Positions 1 to 11,981 of a stretch of DNA of 55,758 bases are shown one piece after another. Position 1 is the stretch's first letter; every line of letters starts with the position of its first letter. The translations under genes were made by a program, and so were the position numbers. The stretch comes from Nemertoderma westbladi (taxonomy: Eukaryota; Animalia; Xenacoelomorpha): contig JAUCBJ010001900.1 of assembly GCA_032718475.1 (NCBI GenBank), positions 1 to 55,758 of the forward strand, written 5' to 3'. Under the pieces are notes generated by a model. It had not been told where the DNA came from. It ran no database searches and was given only the letters and a program-made list of their open reading frames with translations.

Positions 1-1102
1 CGAAAGGATAATAAAAATGTATACACTTGTATTCATAGGAGGTATACCGGTACTATTAATTAATAGTTCGCTTGACATTGCGTTGCAGCTGCATGGGTTA
101 TTATGGGTGATGAATCATGATGATAAGAGAATATTGTTGTCATGATCAAATGGTATCATTTGGGATCTTCAAAAAAGCGAACGAATTCTACACTGAAATA
201 TATCATATATATATTGCAGTGGCGACTGTAGTGTAAATAAAACTCGGCCAACTCTAATAGAGAATTTGTTACAAAAATATAGGAAAGCAAAATGGCGCGT
301 CTAAACCTTTTCTGGGGACTAAAATATACTCCCATGCAAGGTTCAATGAAAAAACGTTCTTCAGAGGCATTGGAAATGATAATAATATTACCTTTAACCA
401 GCGAGCTGGTTGAAGGCGGTAAAATGAAGTACGATGCACATTACACAACACAATACACAGACTTAGCTCACACATACAAAAATTCAGAAAGGTGAGCTGT
501 TGAGGTTCCTTTCACATAGTTACCATGCAATGTACATACACTGTACATACATTATTTAATGAATGAATGGTACCGGTAATTGAATGAAATTAAAAGGTTA
601 CGATGGTAGGTTACCTACTGTGGGTGGGTCACAGCAATAGGGCTATTATGTTTAGTGTAGAATTTAATAGACCTAGTTACATTGTGGATGACAATACTTG
701 AAAGTTTGGTTGCCAGTGATCGATGGGAGTTAAAAGGTCCAACAAACAATTGAATAGTCTGATAGTTAGAGTCCGGTACCAGTCAGTCAGTCGGACAGGA
801 ATGATTATCATCGACCCCAAGGTCCTGTTTATTATGGCGAAATAAACTGCTAAAGCAGAATTTGTGATCTATTACTCTTTAGTGTTCGATTTTGTTTCTC
901 TATCTTGTAATTGCTACTAGATTATGTAAAATGTTTTGATTATCTGAATGTGTGAATCACAATGTCACCTTAATAAGCCGACTAAAGGTCAAATGTATTC
1001 CTTTGTTGGTTGCTTATTTGAATAACGTTACTAAATTATGATTAGCGAAAGAGAAATTCATAATAAAAATAAATTAAACAAAAGGGATACCGGTACCGGT
1101 AC

Positions 1103-2047
1103 CTTAATAATTCGTTGTATCATCCCGGTAAGATGGTAGTCCACCAGGTTGTTAGACGGTGTAGCCTCTGTGAGTCTACAGATTGTAGACTTCATCAACC
1201 AATGGTCTCCCTGCGGTTCGCTATGAATCACAGAGCTAAAGCTGCGAACCAGATCGGTGGCGTCGCGAAAACCGAAGTAAGCGGGGTTAAAGGCGCGGTT
1301 GAACATCTTCTCGAACTCATGTTTAAGTTCGGAGGAGATGAGCCCATTGGGGTGTTCGAGAAGGAGGGCTGTGATGCTCTCACGGAACTCGTCGCGAGTA
1401 CGATACGGGGGTTGGAGAGACGGCAGGTCGACGGATTCCGGTTCGGGACCGGAGGCCGGGACATTTAGTGAGATGTGGAACCCGTCCGAAACCGATTTGA
1501 CAACGAGCACCTCGCCAAATGCGTTAAAGAACTGCTGGAGACTTGTGTAGCCAAGTCGGGTGTAGTCGAAGGGGTTGTGGAATCGTTGGATGTAAGCTTC
1601 CTGGAAGTCGCCATCAAACATTCCGCTCGGGTAGGCACGGAGCATCTCGACGATTTGATTAACTACGTGCGGAGGGACTTCATTCGGTTTATCGATAACC
1701 TGCGGGGACTTTCCGGCGTACCGGGGAACCTTGTCCGGTTTGTCCGGAACGTTCGGGGCCCTTCTTGCGTGCGGAGAAACATCGTGGGGTTCACCAATAG
1801 ATGCCCTTCCATCTGGGACATCTAATTCGGTTCGGAGGAAGAAGAGGATTTCTCCGCTGCGAGTCTCACGGGTCCACAGTTCGTCCCCGAACATATCGAA
1901 CAGCAGATCTCCGAGTAGGGTGAATCCATATTCTTTGGCGACCAGCTGACTTCCGGTCGTTGTTGAGTAGATATGACATAATTCTTTTTTACTCAATCCA
2001 TCGGGTCGTTTTCTAAGGATTTCTTCCACGTCTTTTAGACAACCCAT
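1103..2047 (-). CDS. TDRD5: TDRD5-like gene copy A, coding exon 1 (three LOTUS/OST-HTH domains and the start of a fourth); the rest of the gene lies off the left edge
   Basis: Three repeats of the LOTUS pattern (L..hP.Gl...f...Y/F......ld...GF..l..ll). Donor AAG|GTACCG at 1103/1102. Near-identical to 36303-37247. Confidence 0.8.
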
Positions 2048-2611
2048 TGTCTGATTGTTACCGATAGCAGGATAGTCCTACTGACTGTCACTGTCTGCCT
2101 GCTAGGCTGCTACCATAGGCTACCCAGTCCAGCAGTCAGCCGGTGACGAGGGATTAACGTCAGAACGTGTTTGGAGGCCTCCACATACAGACATAATACA
2201 GTAATACTGTAGGTAGGCCTAATATAAGTAAAACACGTCATAAATTAATTGATGGATTGAATCAATAAACCTCTGTCCTTTTTACAGCAACCTTAAACAA
2301 AATGAGCTGCACAATAATTCATTGAACGGGAAGGACGCCACTACTGGCAAAAATCATAAATCAAAGCCAAAGTAAACAATATCTCTCCTTCATAGACCTC
2401 ATGTCTTCAATACACTAATCACAAAGAGACAGTCAGACCCAGGCTATACAAAAGTTGTTACCTCTGAGTCTGAGCCAGCAGCTGCTACAAAGTGTTATTA
2501 TGTAGACAATAATAAAATTGTGTATTACTACAGCTACATTCTTGTCTCTCACTTGGCGGGTATTGTCCCGGTCCGTGAAATCCTATTCCTGGATTATGAA
2601 ATTGGGGCCTG

Positions 2612-3880
2612 GGGCGGTATTCATAAATGTGACTAACTAGGAACTTAGTCCTAGTCACATCAAGTTAGTAAGTGCTTGTACTAATTCGGTATTCAGAGAA
2701 GTTTGTGCTACTTATTACTAACGTATTTAGTACTAGTTGTTGCTAAACTCGTATTCATAGAATTTAGTCTTACTTAAGTTAGTTAGTATTAGCTGTAACT
2801 TAAATTTCTAGTCACATGAAGATGTGACTAAGTTGGTAAGACCGCTTACTTATTGCATATTGGCCTTCATACATACAGTATGGTTATTATGTTACTGACG
2901 ACTCTGTCCACATTATTCTCTATCTTGTTTTTCTAGCATTCTGTGTTCATTGCAAATGTGTTGTTGCAGAGAAAATGTCAAATGTAACGACATAAAGCTT
3001 TTTGTTTTTTAAACATATATCCGACTTAAATTTCCAAATTTCAGCTCACATTCTTGAATGGTGAGATTGCTGCCGAATGGTCCGCGTCCGTTGAAAAATG
3101 TGTTTCGCTAAAGAATTCTACCTTTCGCTAACTTTCGCAAGATGAAAAAGCGGTAGCGTTCCCACTTCATTAATTTCATATCTATTACCGAATGTAAATA
3201 ATGGTATTCGATAATGGTAGCCAATTGATTTATCGCCTTACTAACTGACTAAAAATAATAATTGTTCACTATAATTTTAACAGGAAATCACTAAAATATT
3301 CAGTTTCCACTAAAATCTATTAATTAACATTAAATCTATTAATTATAAATTATTGCTAAAATGTGGGAAAGGGCATGTTACAGTGCCACTAAAAATGAAG
3401 GGATTTTATTACAACAGGCCGTAACAGATTTATTTTTGATGAAAATATATTTTAGTGATAATTAAATTGAGTGGAGGAAATACAGTATATACCGGTATTT
3501 GATAACGAAAAAAATTTACTGGAAAACAGGAATTGTTTTAGTGACCAATAAAATTAATGGGTTTTAATGTAGACTACCAGTACAAGTAAAACAGTAAACA
3601 TAGAGACATGCAGGGCATAGCTACCGACCTTAAGTTGAAACTGAAAGCTTTTTGATAAACATAAGTTAAAGTACCAGCACTGCTACTAATAGGCTAGAAC
3701 TAAGTTTAGTAACAGTTTATGAATACTGATATTTTTTAAGGGCTAGTTGAAACTAAGTTAAGTCAATGCTCTTACTAAAATCAGTTGTTTTTAGTAACAG
3801 ATAGCTCTTACTAAATATAGTTGCAGCTCTTACTAAGAGCTGTCAATAAGTAGCTGTAAAACTTTAAGCTATAAAACATT
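2612..3880. mobile_element. Probable truncated non-autonomous DNA transposon, specific to spacer A
   Basis: Absent from the homologous spacer at ~40378. Begins GGGGCGGTATTCATAAA with repeated GTATTCA subterminal motifs, and an inverted copy TTTATGAATAC occurs at ~3716. No clean right terminus or TSD found. Confidence 0.4.
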
Positions 3881-4879
3881 GTTTTAAGATGATTCCTATA
3901 GAGAAGAACTCAACTTCTCAGAGGATTTCAATTATTGCTACCTGAGCAGTATTCTAGGAATCCGGAACATAGATAAAGATTTCAAACATAAGAAGTGCGC
4001 GATTCTTGATTCTGTGATTTATATCAGAAAATCTGGGTTTAATCGCTAGATAAAAGAAAAAATGAGATTTATAACATAATATATGTCTATGTAATACAGT
4101 ATGTATTTTATTGTGCATTATCCATTATGGTATGTTTTACTTCTCACACCTTACACGGTGTGTTCTACTACTACTACTAACTTAATTGTGCCGTTATTGT
4201 TTACATTTAAATTTTCATGATTATATTTTTACCTAAATAAAGAGTAGTGTCTACATCATTGTCCAGAATAGGGTGTTTCCCTTCACTTCTATGAGGCTTT
4301 CTAGTGTTCCTACCTGTCCCAAATACGTTGTGTAATGATTTCCAACCTGTCCAATATAGGGGCATCCAATCAAATCATAATATGAGCCAACTCCTCGTCA
4401 TCGGACCAATACCAACATTCCTAAAGTTAAGCATCTCCCTTATTGGCTATATAATGTAAAGGTTAATGGACAATTCCACTGATATATAATCCAAGTGTCA
4501 ACTACGAATCCAGGGCTCATTATAACAACCTATACTGGACAGAGCAACGTATTTGGGACAGTGGAAATTCCCATTCTAAATAAGGGCATTTGGAATACAT
4601 GTTCCCTAGTTATGGTTAAAGATATACTGTGGGGTGCCTTGCAAATGGCCTGTAAGACTGTGATGCATTATAGGCTATAGTGTCATCATAGTCACATTAT
4701 TTCATTTCATGTTGTGCAATTTATTCATGTTGTGCAATTTATTCATGTTGTGCAATTTATTCATGTGGTGCAATTTATTGATTTATATATAATAAATCTA
4801 TATACATTCGTATAATAATAATTAAATGGCAATCAAATTAGTGATATCGCACCCTCCTCCCCCAGACTCAACTTCATCC

Positions 4880-5610
4880 CAAATTGTCCTTAATAAGTCT
4901 TAAATTTGCCTCAGATAGGTTGTTAGAGTCCCATATAGGGTGTTTGTGTCCCATATAGGTTGATAGTGTCCAAAATAGCCTGTGGCTTTAAAAAAATTAT
5001 TTCAAATTTTTTATAACTGTAAAGGAATACTGAAAAGAATATCGATTTCATAACCATATCTTTAATTCCAATTTGTCCCAAATAGGTTGTTTATGTCCAT
5101 AATATAGGGTGTTTGTGTCCCATATAGGGTGTTTTTGTCCTGAATAGGGTGTGAATTGCTTATAATGATTTCAAATAGTTTCTAAATGTAATTGAATACT
5201 CAAAAGAATATAGAATTCACTATCAGAGCTTTAATTTAAATTTGTCACAAATAGGTTGTTTATGTCCCATATAGGGTGTTTGTGTCCCATATAGGGTGTT
5301 TGTGTCCCAAATAGCGTGTGACTTTCTCAAAATGATTTTAAATAGTTTCTAAATGTAATGGAATGCTCAAAATAATATAGAATTCACTACCATAGCATTA
5401 ATTTAAATTTGTCCCAAATAGGTTGTTTTTGTTCTAAATAGGGTGTTTGTGTCCCGTATAGATTGTGAATTGCTTATAATGATTTCAATTAGTTTCTAAA
5501 TGTAATGGAATACTCAAAAGAATATAGAATTCATTATCATAGCTTTAATTTAAATTTGTCCCAAATAGGTTGTTTATGTCCCATATAGGGTGTTTTGTGT
5601 CCCATATAGA
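4880..5610. repeat. Imperfect tandem array (~160-180 bp period) built on the GTCCCATATAGGGTGTTTGT motif
   Basis: Recurrent AATTTGTCCCAAATAGGTTGTTTATGTCCCATATAGGGTG...GAATACTCAAAAGAATATAGAATTC blocks. Homologue at 41800-42455. Confidence 0.75.
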
Positions 5611-5738
5611 GCCGCAACATCGGTATATTCTACAAAATAAACAACTTTGTAAAGCCCCGCACCGAATACTAATTATTATACTATATAATACACTAGTTGA
5701 CCCTTACTTACAGTATTGTTATTGTAATGCCGTACGGG

Positions 5739-7859
5739 CAGAGGCGTAGCGCGTGGGGGGGGGGGGGGGGGGGGGGGATGTTCCCCCGGGCACACTCACC
5801 CGTGGGCGCTGAAATGCCATGCAAATGTCAGGGTATTCTTGTAAAAATCGGACAAATCAGTAAAAGGCTCATTCCAAAGTAAAGTACGGGACATTCGTAC
5901 ACAATTTTGAACTTTGATTGCCTGTACAATGTTATCCACAGCACATATGTACACAAAATTGTGCTTGGATTGAACTTTCGAATATCAGCTTTGATTTCGC
6001 TAAGATAATGGCGGGACTTAGTCACTTTTGAGAAAACACCAGCTTGTCCAATTAAGGTAAAGTACGGATTCGTACGAAATGGTTTTTTTTATTTTATGAT
6101 TTCAATTCTAAAATTTAGCGAATTGTGCGCAGGTACAGTGTTGAGTTGATGTTTAGGATAAAGCTGTATTATTAAGCTTAAATAAAAATATAAATATAAG
6201 ACGAATTGCTGCATTGCTAATTTTTTACAGTGTGGTTTGTGTGGTAAAGTATGGGACATTGCTAAGTAAAGTACGGGACCTGTACGAATTTTATGGTCAA
6301 AATGGTCTCTTACACTTAACCTAACAGTAATTTCTGGATAATTAGTGATAATAAAGTGCAACTAAGTATTTCCAACCAAGATATGGATACAAAATGTGGG
6401 GCGGCCCACAAATTGACCCGAAGTCTTAGCATATGTGCCCTTGAGGAGTTGTATGTCATCTGTCAAATTTTTGATCGCTAATACTGTATAACTCGGTCAT
6501 TTTTAGATGAAATTAAACCAAACCTGGTACGTATGAAGTCTGTCAAAAGTTTGGAAAGAATCTGAAATTTAAGGAATCAAAGGTCACATATCAGACAGTC
6601 TGTCTGTTGGTACCGATAGTTTCAAAATTTTGATAAAACCAAAATAAGTCCGCCAATCATTGATGAAATATAACCAAACTTGGTACACATGTAGTCTGTA
6701 AAAAGTTTCGAAATTCTTTCCATTTTTCTGAAAATGTATCAATTACTGTACTTACCGATCTTCTTATCTGCTAAAAAACTAAATTTTTTGAAATTTGTTG
6801 TAAAGTACGCGACTTTACATGCATAAACTCAAAGATTAGTTAACTGAGGAATGATTCTTAGTTCAAATACATACTTCTATGCTTCCCCCTACTATCACCC
6901 TAAAGCATTATAACACTCCTGTCCTCCAGGTTTAATATATTACATTAATACAGTGCACTAAAATGTAATCGCCATTATAATGGTAAAGTATGGGACAATT
7001 TTCAATTGGCCGCCATGATATTTCTGAGGGAGTGAAGATGAAACTAATTGTTTTATACAATGACGCAACACAAATGTGCTTTGCATTCCACTGGGTGATT
7101 AGGCTGAGTTACATCTCTGTGAATAAACTAAAAATTTCACTATTTTAGGTAAAGTATGGGACATCACAAGATTAACTTTATTGATTTCATTACAGAGGAA
7201 TGAAACACTGGTGAAATTAAATGAAACCAAAAAAATTCGAAAATGGGTTTATTTTTGATTTGGTTCATGCTCAGAAATGTTAATTTATTGGTCATAGGAA
7301 GTGCCTACAGGAAACCAAACTTTTGCACACTTTTATTCACATTTTGTGCAGGGCAGGTCCATAATTTGTAATTCGACTATTTTTGATAAACCACCTGTGT
7401 TGATACAATTTTTAGCACTGAATTCATGGAGTACGATAAATTTTGACCTAAAATAAGTATAAATTCAAAGCTACATCTCATTTTTAGAAATTAGTGGGGA
7501 GGTTGACCTTTTCATGGAATGAGCCAAAAAGTCAGGGATTGTGATACAGTATACACAGGACATGTGTCATAAGCGAAAAATGTAAAAATTTTCTCTGCTC
7601 GCTTCGCTGCCATTCAATAAGCCTATACAGTATTATAATTTCACTATATCAAACTTGTGCATAATAGATTTGATATACAGTAGTTATATACTTTTAGTAA
7701 ACTGTTTTTTGGATGTTTGTTTTTAATATTTTATTCTGTTATATAATATTTAAAAAAACCGCCATAAATGAAAAGTTAAAATTATTGAGGGGGGGGGGGG
7801 GGGGTGGGGCTATCTCAGCTTCATTCCCCTGGGCGCCAGAATGGCTCACTACGCCTCTG
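5739..7859. mobile_element. Non-autonomous hAT-like DNA transposon containing a nested element
   Basis: TIR CAGAGGCGTAG...CTACGCCTCTG. 8-bp TSD CGTACGGG / CGTATGGG (one transition). Poly-G subterminal tracts. Confidence 0.8.
5866..7525. mobile_element. Nested non-autonomous TIR DNA transposon
   Basis: TIR GGCTCATTCCA...TGGAATGAGCC inserted in an A-run. Repeated internal motif TAAAGTA(C/T)GGGAC at ~5880, 6058, 6245, 6268, 6984 and 7150. Confidence 0.7.
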
Positions 7860-7925
7860 CGTATGGGCAGCCAAATCATTCAGTACAATGCCAATGCAGT
7901 CTCCTCCCAACCCAGCCTCACAGCA

Positions 7926-8012
7926 CGGAAACTCACACCCCGACCCGGACACTCACACCCCGGACACTCACACCACGGGCACTCACACCACGGACGCGGA
8001 CACTCACACCCA
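7926..8012 (+). repeat. Short ~15-bp tandem repeat (GGACACTCACACC core)
   Basis: About five imperfect units are visible. Confidence 0.7.
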
Positions 8013-8049
8013 AGACGCAGACGAAAACCTCGGTCACCTACTGACTCAC

Positions 8050-8440
8050 CCGATACAACATTGAAGACATTACATAAATTACAACAGAAAGCAGAATGTA
8101 TTGTAATCAGTAAGGGAAACCCCAATTTCCACCCCTTAACTATACGTTCCATATACATCAAACAGGTAACAATACTCGCTACACTCACATAAAAAAGATT
8201 CTACCTCTAGACGAGTTCACATCACTTCTTACATTCACATCTACAATCCACCAACACCGAACGCACACGGCCACCAACAATGACTGCACAGTACCCCGAA
8301 CACGATTACTGGTTGCTAAACAATCTATACGAGTGATGGCACCAGAGGTCTGAAACGCTCTACCAACCACTACTGTCCGACAATCAATAAATCTGTATAA
8401 ATTTAAGAAAGCTATAAAACTATTTATCCATAATCTATAA
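8050..8440 (+). mobile_element. Decayed 3' end of a LINE ORF2 (L2/CR1 group)
   Basis: Conceptual translation LKTLHKLQQKA... then HQHRTHT..VPRTRLLVAKQSIRVMAPEV*NALP..NLYKFKKAIK. This matches the LINE C-terminal pattern (WNxLP..FK..K) with a W-to-stop change. Confidence 0.6.
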
Positions 8441-8770
8441 CGTGAATTTGGAATACCATATAGTATTGATACATTATGATAAATTTATATTGCATCCGTA
8501 ATAACTATAGTACAAATTAATTATATAGCTGCAATTTATTATTACATTACGTTCTGTCCTTGTATCTACCGTACTTGTTGTATTGTTCTTGTCCTTTTTG
8601 TACTGCTGTACTGTACTATAATATCTACGTACTGTACATTCTTTCATATTTATAATTTACCCCTGTCAACGATAAATAAACTGTAAGTAGCACGATTGCA
8701 TGAAATCTAATCAGATATTATGGTACCGATATTATGTTCCTATTTAGCATGTGAAATTAATGTCAACTAT

Positions 8771-9929
8771 TGTTTGCGCTTTTAAGACCTTTGACAGTTT
8801 AACCTGCCAAATTAGGATGTCTTTTAGATGATAGATAGTCTTTAGCTTATGACGAATATTTGATACACTACATTAGCCGAAGCCAGTCTATGCGCAATCA
8901 TTCACCCGCTGGATATACCCGGGAGACTGAATTCGGAAGCTTAATGATTGATGGTGTAAGCCTACTGTATTATTCGACTGATCGTAATATATAATCTCTG
9001 ACAAATATTATTCACTTTCGGGAAATATTAACAGTTCCTTTAGGACGTGGCGCTCTAAATATGTAAACAGAGTTATGACTTAAACTAGACACAACGAAAT
9101 GGCTATAGATTAACGTATATGGCGCATTCTTTAGGAGATGCTTTGTTATCAGTTACAATCATACACAATGCTGCACAATACTGCACACTAATCTGCCGAC
9201 CTTCACTAAATTTAGTCACGTATAAAGAGAGCAACATACAATTTATGTAGGGCCTATGAAATAGCATTAGATTCACTTCAAACCACTTGACATAGGTCGC
9301 AATCATTTATATGTAACCGGTCTCTCTAACCTTTAGTATATCAAGAAGATTGGGGTGTCTGACTATTGATCAGTATTCCGATATAATATTTCATCAACAA
9401 ATATAATGAATAACCGACAGTAAAAGCAGTAATATTAGTAAGATTTGTATAATATAGTATGGATTGGTTTGATATGTTAACTCGATAACAGATATACGTT
9501 CTATAATTAAGCCTACTAATGTTAAGCTAAAGACTGAAACACGGAGGTGCCAAAAGCCGGTGTTCTTAGGCTCTGGGCAAAAACATAACACTGAATTCCT
9601 GAGTTTCTGTATCCAACCTCCAACACAGAGACAAAAAACGCTCTGATTGGTCGACCGTACAAAGAGAGAACAAAGAACAAAGAAATGTTCGACGTGGCAA
9701 TATCAGCTGTTAGCCGTCGTCATGGTAGCGACACTGTTTTCAAGAGTATCCAGCTTATTGCGTCACGAAATTGCGGATTAATGTCCTCTAAAGTACACAT
9801 ACAGAAGAAATGACTTTTATGTCCTCTAAAACACCAATACAGTAAGGACACGGCCCTTTTATGCCTGGTAAACCAACTACAGAGTACTTTACGGGAAAAT
9901 AACCGGTTAATTACGCAAAAGCTTTTACA
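8771..9929 (-). repeat. 3' LTR (1159 bp)
   Basis: Direct repeat of 23748-24905. Only one substitution (9743/24720) and one 1-bp indel (~9780) noticed by eye. Confidence 0.97.
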
Positions 9930-9940
9930 CCGCTCCCAGA
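9930..9940 (-). promoter_or_regulatory. Short polypurine-tract-like plus-strand primer site (TGGGAGCGG|TGTAA)
   Basis: G-rich run abutting the 3' LTR on the element's sense strand. Confidence 0.55.
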
Positions 9941-10007
9941 AAATGGGATCTAAGTCTATAAAATATAACAAATCACAGTTTCTAAAATATAAAAATACTC
10001 TAAACAG

Positions 10008-11981
10008 TTAGTCTTTCTTACGTGGACGGCGTTTACGCAATTTTTTGAGGCTAGCAAGAGTCCTTTTCTCTTTAGGGCGAGCCACTTTGCTAGGAGGGCT
10101 GTAACTCCTGGGTGAAGGGTGCAATACAATTGCATCAGAAGGTTTCGGATTGCGATCGGTGTATCCGCCGGTCGAGGTACCTGGTTGATCGATATCAACT
10201 TCAGTGGAGCGAGGTCTAACGGTCTTTAGGGCGCATCTTAGGACAGCAGCTCCTACTGGTCCTTGACGGGTCGTCTGGACAACGGCGGTAGGCGGACCGT
10301 GAGTGGTGAGAAACTTCCTTGGTTTAATAGTTCTTTCCAGCTCGCGTTCTCGGGCTCGATATTCGTAGGGCCGTCGAGATACTTCCTGTAACTCAGGGTG
10401 CGAGTTGATAAATAAATCGCCATACTCAGGGTCTTGACGGATATAATTGATCAAATGGTATGAAGTAATATCGTTAGGATTGACGTTCCTAAGGTATTTT
10501 CGAACGAATTTGGTGGAAATACACTCACCAACACGCTTCATTAGTTCGTAACTCGGTGTGCGTGTTTTTTGTTCCACAGACGCGAATAAATAAGGATGGA
10601 ACGCGTAAACTCCCTCGTAAGAGCGTCCAGGGTAGTATCGATGACGGGACTCACAATGTAAATCCGCAATCGCTTCCCAAGCTCGGATGTAGCGCAGGGT
10701 AATCATTTCATCTACGCTCTCTAAATCGTGATTAAAGGGGCAATTATAACTGGCATGTCCTTTAAGTTGACAGTGGTGGCATTGAGTCATAAATTGGGGG
10801 CAGACTGCAAAAATATGAGAGCTATTAAGTCTGCAATACGCACAATATATCTCCATCATCGGTTGTTCGTGGAAATAGGAGCAGGGTACGTCTGAGTCCA
10901 TAGGGGTGAAATGGTCTCTCGATGCGCATAATCGACAACGTTTTCGAGAAACATAGTTAGCGTGTCGATAATCGTATGCGGTGAGACATTGTGGACCTTG
11001 ATACCACTCTAAGACGTAGTCGTTATCGCTGCTCCGGGGCGCTGTAGGCTGAATCGCTTCAGCTTCTAAGCATATTGGTTCGTCTTCCAATTGCATAGCT
11101 GAGATAGGTGCGGCTGTCTCCGCAAGCGGACCCACTGTCTGAACTTCGACGACAGAATAACCCGTGGGTATTCGGGGTCTTTGTATAACAGATGAATGTA
11201 AGTTCTGTATACAAACGTCCTGAAAAAGGGCAAATCCCGCGCTGTTTAGCTTCTCCGCCGCTGAGTCTCTCAGGCTGAGTTTGGTCAGAGCGCGGTCCTT
11301 GAACTGACTATCAACGTTACGGAACGGAGTCAGAAAGTGCCTGAAACATTCAAAGCGGATGAATTTATTGTGTTCATCTAACTTGGCGAGTTTGGTTCCA
11401 AGTATTAAGGGATGGGCGCGTATGGTACGTCTGCACACATCGGCTAGCCAACCGGCAAGTGCTGCGTTTTCAAAGATCGTGTATATAGCTAAGGAGGGAC
11501 GAAGTGGAACACTCATAAAGCTATACACGGCGCCAGGTGCAGTCAATGGTCCATCAAAGTATAAACGAGAATAATGATCTCCGTATACTTGTTGGTAATT
11601 TATAGGATTTCCAACCTTGAAATTCCATCCGTATTCTTGAAAGGCAAGATGTCCGATGGAGGTTCGTTGTACTTTAGTAATTCCGCTGGGTGTATTGGCA
11701 TACATAGTGCGGAAGAAACCTCGGCCTTCTGCCCAAGGAGCAATCAGCTGAGTATCAACGAAGGGGTATGGAATGTTCTCCATATTCCGAAAGTCGTTCT
11801 GTAGGTCTCCATAAACAGCTGAGCCGATTTTAAGGATTCTTTCGTTAAACAACATCTCGAGCACGGGTTGGGGTAACATCGATCCATCGATACCCATGGC
11901 CGGTTTGCGCTCGGTGTCGGTGACGTAACGTTTGGTCGTAACGTCGGTTTGTCCGTTAGTCAGTACCTTCCAGAATGTCAC
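10008..11981 (-). CDS. Accessory ORF3 of the BEL element: DnaQ/DEDDy 3'-5' exonuclease-like N-terminus, Cys/His zinc knuckles and a basic C-terminal tail
   Basis: 657-codon open frame. Motifs DTERKP, LPQPVLEMLFNERILKIGSAVYGD, FVDTQLIA, SIGHLA and PLRPSLAIYTIFE parallel the WRN/RNase D/EXD family. CHHCQLKGHASYNC is a canonical CCHC knuckle. KKLRKRRPRKK is NLS-like. True start is uncertain. Confidence 0.7.
   Translation of the reverse strand: MTFWKVLTNGQTDVTTKRYVTDTERKPAMGIDGSMLPQPVLEMLFNERILKIGSAVYGDLQNDFRNMENIPYPFVDTQLIAPWAEGRGFFRTMYANTPSGITKVQRTSIGHLAFQEYGWNFKVGNPINYQQVYGDHYSRLYFDGPLTAPGAVYSFMSVPLRPSLAIYTIFENAALAGWLADVCRRTIRAHPLILGTKLAKLDEHNKFIRFECFRHFLTPFRNVDSQFKDRALTKLSLRDSAAEKLNSAGFALFQDVCIQNLHSSVIQRPRIPTGYSVVEVQTVGPLAETAAPISAMQLEDEPICLEAEAIQPTAPRSSDNDYVLEWYQGPQCLTAYDYRHANYVSRKRCRLCASRDHFTPMDSDVPCSYFHEQPMMEIYCAYCRLNSSHIFAVCPQFMTQCHHCQLKGHASYNCPFNHDLESVDEMITLRYIRAWEAIADLHCESRHRYYPGRSYEGVYAFHPYLFASVEQKTRTPSYELMKRVGECISTKFVRKYLRNVNPNDITSYHLINYIRQDPEYGDLFINSHPELQEVSRRPYEYRARERELERTIKPRKFLTTHGPPTAVVQTTRQGPVGAAVLRCALKTVRPRSTEVDIDQPGTSTGGYTDRNPKPSDAIVLHPSPRSYSPPSKVARPKEKRTLASLKKLRKRRPRKKD

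Noticed and set aside
1058-1102. ORF-track C-terminus of exon 1 (VPVPVSLLFNLFLL) as a membrane anchor
   Set aside because: This is intron read-through past the donor; the LOTUS domain continues in exon 2.
7713-8192. His-rich 159-aa ORF
   Set aside because: A chance frame crossing a TE end, a 15-bp repeat and a LINE remnant.
9103-9591. Small ORFs duplicated at 24080-24568
   Set aside because: They are identical only because they lie in the LTRs; no protein features.
10008-11981. ORF3 as an envelope gene, or as a capture of the neighbouring EXD2
   Set aside because: No signal peptide or TM anchor is evident. Similarity to EXD2 is only at the family-motif level, with no visible nucleotide identity.
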